This document shows, piece after piece, positions 55,310 to 64,000 of a stretch of 64,000 nt of DNA (position 1 is its first letter; each line of letters starts with the position of its first letter). The stretch is from Eledone cirrhosa (taxonomy: Eukaryota). The DNA lies in assembly GCA_964016885.1 (NCBI GenBank), contig OZ024743.1:239630001-239694000 (forward strand), written 5' to 3'. The notes beneath the pieces were generated by a model that had not been told where the DNA came from, ran no database searches, and saw nothing but the letters and a program-made list of their open reading frames with translations. The position numbers and the translations under genes were made by a program.

Positions 55310-55550
55310 GAGTAAAATTCCATAGATCCATGGACGAGTTCACTCCAGCGGCCTCTGTCCTTCATCATCGCCCACATGTCCTGCGTCTCTCAGAGACCAG
55401 TGTCTATCCTTAGAGCATCAAAATATGTCAACCACGGTCTCCCTCTTCTAGTGTGTCCGTGAGGGGCTCCTACAGGAGCACTGAGTGCAGTGTCAACTTC
55501 GAATGTCGGTGAGCATGGCCAGCTAACGTCAATCTCCTCTGTGTTACTTT
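55310..55550 (-). mobile_element. RTE-like LINE 3' fragment
   Basis: QRRLTLAGHAHRH..LHSVLL*EP resembles the RTE C-terminus. Confidence 0.55.
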
Positions 55551-56176
55551 CGAGCTGATATATATGTAAACTTTAAACATTAACAAAGAAAGGACAAAAC
55601 AACGAACGGAAACAAAGCAAAGCGAAAAATAATTTTTGGGTGGGAAACCTAAAAAAAAAAATACAAACGAAGGACACAAAATCCGGGTTCATCTAGCGTT
55701 TGGCAGTTTCGACCCCTACCAATGGTACTACTGTTCCACTCGGGGACACAGCGTCTGGCATAAACCAAACGCTGTCCAGTGGAGTAAGAGACGAGAGACA
55801 AAACATTAATTTGTTGCAATTATGTATATATGTGTATATGTATGTACGTATGTATGTATGCATATATGTATGTGTGTGTGTATGTATGGATGTATGCATG
55901 CCTTACATCCCATTGTACATTGTATTATTTCCAATTATATTATATTTCAATATTTTGTCTCTATTGAAACAACATGCATTTGTTGCTATAGTAAGCTTCT
56001 TTCCTTCATGCTCAAAGATAAATTCCTGTCGATCGCCAATTTGCTTTGCATCGTTGTGATGCCAGCAATATAGAACAGATGCATCACTGATTTTCCAGAA
56101 ACTGATAGTCCGGCGGCCATTTTTGTCCAGACATATTTATAAGCGGATACATACATTTTCTGTGGTTAACTGACTA

Positions 56177-56335
56177 CCGTATTTCCCGGCGTCGAAGACG
56201 TTATGTTTTTCCCAAAATATGTCTCAATGCATCCTGGAGGCCGAAGGTTGTTTATTATTTATTTTTCAAACTTTTGGTTGTCAAAATTAGGGTGCGTCCT
56301 CAAGGACGAAGCATCTTTGGCGCCGGGAAATACGG
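56177..56335. mobile_element. Tc1/mariner-superfamily MITE
   Basis: TIR CCGTATTTCCCGGCG / CGCCGGGAAATACGG with TA TSD on both sides. Confidence 0.85.
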
Positions 56336-56559
56336 TAGTTAATTAAGGTTAGGAAGTAAGCTCATGTAGTTAAACTTCATTTTAAACATTTACACCATCG
56401 TATTATAATAGTTAAGCCATACGAGGTATTACCAGCTACATAATATATATCTATTGCATTATTATCTAGTCCGGCCAACCAGATGATCAGGCACATGTCT
56501 GGAAAAAAGGGGCCAAACATCAGTAGTGTGTCTATACTTGAATGTCATTATAAGTCAAT

Positions 56560-56730
56560 TGTGAATTGGCAGTATCGGTAGAGCATCAGACGCGTTATGG
56601 CTCTTTACGTTCTGAGTTCAAATCCCGCTGAGGTTAACTTTGCCTTTCATCCTTACGGGGTCAATAAATCAAGTACCAGTAATGCACTGGGGTAATTGCT
56701 GGCATTGTGCCAAAAGTAGAAACAATTATA
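56560..56730 (+). mobile_element. tRNA-SINE copy
   Basis: Family head, core and tail. Confidence 0.85.
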
Positions 56731-56819
56731 AGTCAATTGTATTCTTTCTGACAAAATGTACGACCTATTGCCAATCTATGAAATTATTATTTGTTGATCG
56801 CTGAAAGTGGAAATTGGGC

Positions 56820-57245
56820 AATATACATAAATGTCGTGAAGCACGAATTTTGAACTTACTAAGCGCCGAGGAAGTAGATTTATAAGATGTAGGAAGCCTC
56901 GGCTCAGAAAATAAATGCAATTAATCAGTTGTAAAATAGCTTATTAAAATCTGGGAAAGACACTTAAAGACGGAAAAATGTTGCTATCGGCCGCTACAAA
57001 GAATCGAATTCGGTATCTCCCAGATACCGGCTAGGTACTACAACCATTGAGCTAAGAGACACCTGATAGCAGATTTATTTCCTTGCCGCTTAGTAAGTTG
57101 GAAATTCAAGCTTCACACACGACGTTCGTTTATATTTGCAAAAGCTGTTTGATTCAGCTCCTTATTTAGACGGTACGAAGTTGTCAGGGGCCCGTTAGCT
57201 CAATAGTTAGAGCACCTTGCCGATATCTTGGATATAAGGAGTTTG
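56820..57245. mobile_element. Degraded element with two divergent tRNA-like heads and an inverted repeat
   Basis: Minus 56983-57070 reads ttagctcaatggttgtagtacc...ttcgattc; plus 57183-57245 reads ttagctcaatagttagagcacc. Inverted repeat cttactaagcg / cgcttagtaag. Confidence 0.5.
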
Positions 57246-57250
57246 AGTAT

Positions 57251-57281
<31 letters not shown>

Positions 57282-57954
57282 GGTGGTGGTAGTAGTAGTT
57301 ATATGCTATAGACGACTGTCAGCAACATAATGTTCACAAGAACCGTAAATATGGTCTAATTATGAAATATCTAGCAGAAGTCGGTCTATGAACCACGTTA
57401 TATTTCTTTTATAATTGTCAGCCTTCATATTTATGTAATAAATCACACACACATGCAGACACACTCGTATATACACACATACACACATGTGAACACACAC
57501 CTATATATATATATATGTGTGTGTGTGTACATACAGACACACACACTCATAGAACCACAAGCAGGTATACATACAGGTACAAACGTTCGTACAGGTGCAT
57601 ACACACACACGCACACACACACACACACACACATAATATTTAGTTAGACTCATGCTTCGACACAAACGCTCATACACAAATTCTGAGAATTACAAAACTA
57701 CATGCTCCTATACGCACAGCCATATATATGAATTGTGGATTAAGAAGTTCGCTTCGCAATGAAGAAGTCTGAGGTACAATAACATCATGTAGAGTCATAG
57801 ACATGTGTCTTTACTCAAGCCTCGTATCAACTGCGCCTTGGGTTTGAAACTTGATAAAAGGAAATCCGTGAGGCAATTTGTTCGATGTGTTGTACATGGA
57901 ATTCAAATGTCCAGTTTCGTCGCATGCTTTGTCAGGCCAATTCACTTACAATTT

Positions 57955-58370
57955 ATATTGTTTCTACTTTTGGCACAAGGCCAGCAGTTACCCTAGTATA
58001 TTACTGGTGCTTTATTTTATCGACCCCGTAAAGATGAAAGGCAAAGTTAAACTCAGCGGGAATTGAACTCAGACTGTAAAGGGCCGTAAATCTCTGCTGC
58101 AAAGCTTACAATTTCTATTAAAAGGAGATTGTTTGAGGAATACTCAACCACGTACAGTTACATTGATTTCTAATTAAGGCACAAGCTCAGCAAATTTTAA
58201 GAAACGGGAAATTCGACTAAAAACTGCTACTTTATTTTATCGACGCCTGGATGTATGAAAGGGAAAGTTGACCTTGGTGGGATTTGAACTCCGAATGTAA
58301 AGAGCAAAAAGAAATTCCGCAGTGATCATTTATCGGACATTCTACCAATTTTGTCAATCCATCACCCTTA
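57955..58370 (-). mobile_element. Two tRNA-SINE copies
   Basis: Family core. Confidence 0.75.
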
Positions 58371-61211
58371 AACGTGTGTTAGTGACCTGGCCCCACAATT
58401 AATTGAACAACGGTTTATTCATCGTCTAAACCCAGGGAGGATCCCTCAATTTTTTTTAACTATAGAAAGGTATGCCAGACAAAAAATGGCATGGTATACA
58501 TGTCATTGAGTATCTTGCAGATTGAATCGAATCACAAACATGCAGGATTTAAACACATGGTGATATCTCTAGAAAACTAGTAATAACTGGTACAGTTAAC
58601 CCTAGTTTTTGATAGTATTGTGTACGTACGTGTGTGTATGTGCGATTTTTAAATATATATATATATATATAAAAATGGATACAGTAAAAATCTGTAAGAC
58701 CATTACTCGCCAGAGTACTCGATACTTGGGGGTAGCATAGAGTCGTAATATGAAAGAGTCGGGGGTCTCGATTTTTTAATATATATATATATGTATGTAT
58801 GTATATGTATACATGTTATATATGTATATGTATGCATGTATATATGTATGCAAAAGGCAAACGGAAAACAACACTGCGAACGATAGAGTACAATAAATAT
58901 ATATATTTGTTTATCACTTGATATAGTAGGAAACGAGTCCTAATGTTTTGGGCGCTAGTCCTTCATTTGAAGATAGAACAAGAAATACAAAAACAAATAG
59001 AAAGATAAGGTAGAGATAGAAGAGGAAGAAACGGAAAATATATTTTGAAGAAAAAGCACGTTTGTGTTCAGTCATTATATGCAAATATACGGATGGTATT
59101 GTCATTTAAAAAATTCATATATTTTCTCGAATCTTTAATACTTTTCTGTATGTAGATTCATTAATATATCATTAACCAAACACGTTCAAAAATAGTATAA
59201 AGACATGTTGATTATACGGACACGCACACACATGCACACACAAACACATACACACAGAGTATAAACATAGATCGTATGCCTTCATATATAAAATTCATTC
59301 GGTGTCTATATATGTAGGTATGTGAATATTTATGTTTGGAATAAATATATTTGTTTACTTGTAAATTGATGATAAATATGGATGATTATTTACACATACA
59401 ATAAAGGGATACATATACAGTATATAAAGAGCAGGTGATAAGAGTGTGTGGGGGGTGGGGGGTGAGCGAGAGAGAGAGAGTTAGAGAGAGAGAGGGAAAG
59501 AGAGAGAATGTGTGCCGGCACATTTATCACAACAACAAAGTTGCTGATTATAAGAATGCCCTTGATCTTAGGTCTACTTATTCAGGACTTTCCTTGGGCT
59601 AAAAAACTTCTAATAAATGATATCACACAGTATTAAATTATCATCAGTAGTGCAGTGGGAGAATGCTCACTAGTGAGGCTGCCGGTCAGTTATGAGGTGC
59701 CCTGAGTCTATATAAAAGCGGGAACCCGTACACGGTTGGTTGATTTGTTAGAAACAGCAGCAAAGAATCCAGCAATACTTTATATATACCAGCCTAATCT
59801 CACTTAAGTCAAGTGTGCTCTGAAAATTCTAGGGTGACATTAGATAACGTAGGAGTAGATACAATATGGCTAGGCAAATGATGGGATAATAACAGTTGGA
59901 ACGTGTTTGATTTTAGGTCTGCAGGATTAAATTGGCAATAGCTGGTTGGCGTGAACACTCAGCAGTTACCGAATGTCTTTCTGTTAGCTTATCATCCTCT
60001 TGAACACAGGAATTGAAACCTACAGCAACTATGTATATCTACTCGTGGTAGATTTTATATGTGTTCTGAGCAAGGGGTTGTGGTTTCTGGTATCACTAAT
60101 AAAGAGACAGAGCGAACGTTACTTCGCTACATTGTAATAAAACTAATATTTGTTACAATAGCGGGGTCGATGAAATAAAGAATCAATTAATAACTGAGAT
60201 CGATATTATCGATATTTATATGCTCTCAAATTGCTGGTATGTTTCAATGTTAGAAAAAAGGTCACGTGACGTGTGTTACATCAGTATATAGATATGTGTA
60301 AAGCATTGGTAGCGTATTAGATGTAACAATATTTAGGGTTTTGGCGTAGCGCGTCAGATGTATGAAGGGGAAATGATATGTTCAACCCCCGCGCCATTGT
60401 TTGTGTTTAGAAAACTAACAGAATAGCTAAGTTGTATGGTGTATTGCAATGTTATGTACAGAGTGTTTATTTGGTATGTATAACAAAGCAAATGTTGGGA
60501 GTTGATATATGTTACAAATGGAGTATTAATGTGAAAGGCGTAATAAATATAGAAATACAATTGACAGATGTAAGACATGATTAAATAAATACATGAATAA
60601 GAAAGAAAATCAAAACAAAATCCAATACAAAGTAAAAGGCGTAACAGAAGAGTACTAAAGTTAACAAGTGAAATACAGTTATAGATGAGGCAATGCTAAT
60701 GTACTTAGTTTAGAGAAGCAAAACATTAATATTACCGTCACAATGTGATGTTTGGTAAGCTAGATGGCCAACGCTAGTCAACTATCGGTTTTATTAGACC
60801 TCCTCACCAAACTATGGCATTTTCCCCTCAAAGATCACATTAAATAATTATTAATCTTCTAGGCAATGCTTTCATTTCCACACTGCATGCGTAATTCTAA
60901 TAAAAATTAATTAATATTTCAGAGTTGTCGCTCCTTTACCTTGACCAGTTTTGATTAACATTTCTCATTGAGCTTACGTTTTTCACTTCTCATTGTAACG
61001 GGAATTTTAATCAAGTGAAATTTGATTGATCACTACATTAAGTGAGTTAGCACTGACTCAACTATTGTGAACCGTGAAAATGGCGTTCTTACGTAATTTC
61101 TCCGTTAATATCTTTACAATTATAGTTATGAAAAGGATAACTTATTAAATTAGTTAATGGAAGCCAACACAGCAAACATATGTAAAACACGCACACACAC
61201 AATATATATAT

Positions 61212-61415
61212 ATATTGTTATACTTTGGGAGGGTCATGTTGCCAATAAGAAACACACGCACCAGTTGCTTTCACTTCAATTTATTATAATAAATTGAAGT
61301 AAAAGCAACTGGTGCGTGTGTTTCTTATTGGCAACATGACCCTCCCAAAGTATAACAATATCGGTTTTAACACACGTTTTCAGATAAAGAATCTTGCTAA
61401 ACAAATTCAGAAACG

Positions 61416-61420
<5 letters not shown>
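61212..61420. mobile_element. 150-bp palindrome plus tail: 3' end of the PLE family at 23040-23166
   Basis: Centre at 61286/61287; 61289-61416 is nearly identical to 23039-23166. Confidence 0.9.
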
Positions 61421-61452
<32 letters not shown>

Positions 61453-61499
61453 CTGAGTCTGGTTATTAAGCAGTGAACTAATAAACTATTACATATAAC

Positions 61500-61683
61500 A
61501 TAATTGTTTCTACTTTAGGCACAAGGCCACCAATCACCAGTTCATTACTGGTACTTTATTTTATCGACCCCGTAAGGATGAAAGGCAAAGTCAACCTCGG
61601 CGGGATTTGAATTCAGATCGTAAAGGGACGTAACTATGCTGGAAAGCATGGCGTCCGACCCTCTACCGATACTGCCAATCCAC
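61500..61683 (-). mobile_element. tRNA-SINE copy
   Basis: Family core, close to consensus. Confidence 0.9.
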
Positions 61684-61925
61684 AACATAATGGCAGACAA
61701 TCGTGCGTCTGGTTAAAAGATTTGCTCTCAATATTTAAAGATGCCCATAAAATATGTGTGCAGGTTCAAATGATTATTTCTTTAATTATGTATTAGGGAC
61801 TTTTTTTCTTTTTGATTTCATCAATCCTTTCTTAATTACACAGATATGAGACAATGAGACTTTTAAAATACGAGTGTCACAAAAGTTCTATGGACAACTT
61901 ATGTATATATGTTATATATATATAT

Positions 61926-62212
61926 CTAAAAGTCTAAAGTCTGTCTTAAGCCAGAAGACTCATCAGGCCGGTGCTTATCCCGGTTTCATGGCATGAAGCG
62001 ACTGAGAGTACAAGACTCCCTCCTGGACAGGACGCCAGTCCATCGCAGTGTTAAACCTCCAGCTATTGCTGGTACTCATTTTCAGCTGAGTAAACTGGAG
62101 CAACGTTAAATAAAGGGTCTTGCTCAAGGAAGCAACACATCACTCGGTCCGAGAATTGAACTCACAACCTTTCGATTGAAAGCCTAATGATCTAACCACT
62201 AAGCCATGCGCC
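61926..62212 (-). mobile_element. tRNA-derived CORE-like SINE with LINE-like 3' tail
   Basis: ggcgcatggcttagtggttaga A-box, gagttcaatt B-box, tccttgagcaaga CORE-like segment, tgcgatggactggcgtcctgtccaggg, and tail agactttagactttaga. Confidence 0.75.
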
Positions 62213-62214
62213 TT

Positions 62215-62368
<154 letters not shown>

Positions 62369-63262
62369 TGTGTGTGAGTTCGTGTGTGTGAGAGTTTGTG
62401 TGTATATGTGTGTGTCTATGTTGTGTACGCCTATCAATTATATAAATATATAAATATATTATGATTCATACACGTAACATCTATTCCGCTACTTTAGGTT
62501 TTCAGGCATTGGCACTGAAAGTATCTACAGACTGTACAGGATGGTTCAGACACACTATCCTTACCTTTTGTCAGGTACAGAGGCAAGGTGGCTGATCGAG
62601 ATTTCAGGGTGAGATTCCGTTTGAAACAAATACCTGTACTCAAAGGATGAGGTCTTTAAGGGCTCTTTTTATCTCAAAAGATACATATTTTCATCATAGG
62701 AAAACCACAACTAAGATGTCCAGTGATAACAAACAGAAGTGCTGCATTCACTATAATTTCTCCAAACTAACATTCTGTACAGCATGGCGCTTTCTTCCTT
62801 TTCTTCCACACTTTACACTATACTAACAATTGACTCGACTTACTCACAATCCAACACATACACAGACGCTCACAGATGACATACAACAACATATGGCATC
62901 ATTATCTTCTCAAAATAACAAGGGCTTAGCTCACTTTGAGTGTGGTTTAACATAAACCGGTTTTGTTTACTTTTCATACAGGATCTCACCCTGATATTTC
63001 ATTCAGACATCATGCCTCTGTGCCAGATGAAAGGGACGGAGCATAGGTGTAATTTATATATTGTGCACCGTCGAGTACAGACTGTGGTGGCCTTCCGCAC
63101 CAATGGACGTAATAAATGTTATGTCTATGTATCATAATAAATTAAACACTTTCATTATATAGAACACGCTTTTCATTTTTCCTTCCAGCTGACTTAGCGC
63201 TGCACACACACACAGTCACACACACACATATATATATATATGTGTGTGTGTGTGTGATTATA

Positions 63263-63298
<36 letters not shown>

Positions 63299-63670
63299 AG
63301 AGATTATGTGCGTGTGTATATGTACTCTTATATTGATAGCAAATACCATATAAAATATATAAGGATTAGAAAATGTTCTGCGTAGATTACCTTACAACTT
63401 GGATCACCGACGCCATCCCCGTATGGCAGAAATATCTGAATGTAAGGAAAATAAATATGAGAAGTATTAATAACATGAATAAGAATATAAAACACGACAC
63501 TTTCTTACTTCTCCTTTTTCTCCCCCTTTTTCTGTTTCTCTGAATATACACACACTGATACGGTTGTACGTACACACAGACTTTCTCTCTTTCTCTCTCT
63601 CTCTCACTCTCTCTCTCACTCTCACTCTATCTCTATCTCTCTCTCCCACACACACACACACACACGCGTG

Positions 63671-63699
<29 letters not shown>

Positions 63700-63701
<2 letters not shown>

Positions 63702-63899
63702 TGGTAAACGGAATAGAAAATGCTGACAAATTGTTCACAGTTGAAAAATGGTTTAATTAGGAATAAAAGAGTATTAGTGATTGTATGGGTTAGTATTCAG
63801 TTGTGGTTTTAAGTTTTTAAGTTTTTACCGGTTGCGCATTTCTAAATGCTTTTCAAAAATAATTTTGAGATAGAGTGTCCGTGCTGTTTGCTCTGATCT
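63700..63899 (-). mobile_element. Family B copy between (TA)n tracts
   Basis: Nearly identical to 42320-42519 and 36926-37122. Confidence 0.9.
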
Positions 63900-63901
63900 C
63901 A

Positions 63902-63932
<31 letters not shown>

Positions 63933-63958
63933 GTAAATATATACTGTATATATATATG

Positions 63959-64000
<42 letters not shown>

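Noticed and set aside
56983-57070. Functional tRNA gene
   Set aside because: The cloverleaf is degenerate; treated as a tRNA-derived repeat.
61955-61990. CTGATGAG on the minus strand as a hammerhead
   Set aside because: It is part of the SINE 3' tail, with no correctly placed GAAA or stems.
62500-63050. AG/GT-bounded exon-like stretches (after 62506 and 62981)
   Set aside because: The peptides are short and unrecognisable, and such splice-like sites are expected by chance.

Overview
This is an AT-rich, microsatellite-saturated animal genomic window. The SINE family and repeat content suggest a cephalopod or octopus-like genome (inference). I recognise no host protein-coding gene, and nearly all ORFs in the supplied track are microsatellite artefacts. 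Recognisable transposable elements are: a near-full-length degraded Tx1/L1-type LINE (~6.9-12.4 kb), a Neptune-type Penelope-like element (PLE; RT + GIY-YIG, ~43.5-45.9 kb, minus strand), two further PLE GIY-YIG 3' fragments, mariner, Helitron and RTE fragments, several MITEs, and more than 20 copies of a tRNA-derived SINE. The most striking hidden layer is a dense set of short non-coding elements embedded in (TA)n tracts, many forming long fold-back palindromes. They carry minimal type I hammerhead ribozyme (HHR) motifs: about 20 motif copies from at least 8 sequence families. Non-canonical cores occur (U3-A8 compensatory pair, U4C, A13C). One element is a non-coding 595-bp HHR-to-HHR tandem unit resembling a retrozyme that could produce a circular RNA. 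All ribozyme calls are from manual motif and stem inspection; activity is untested.
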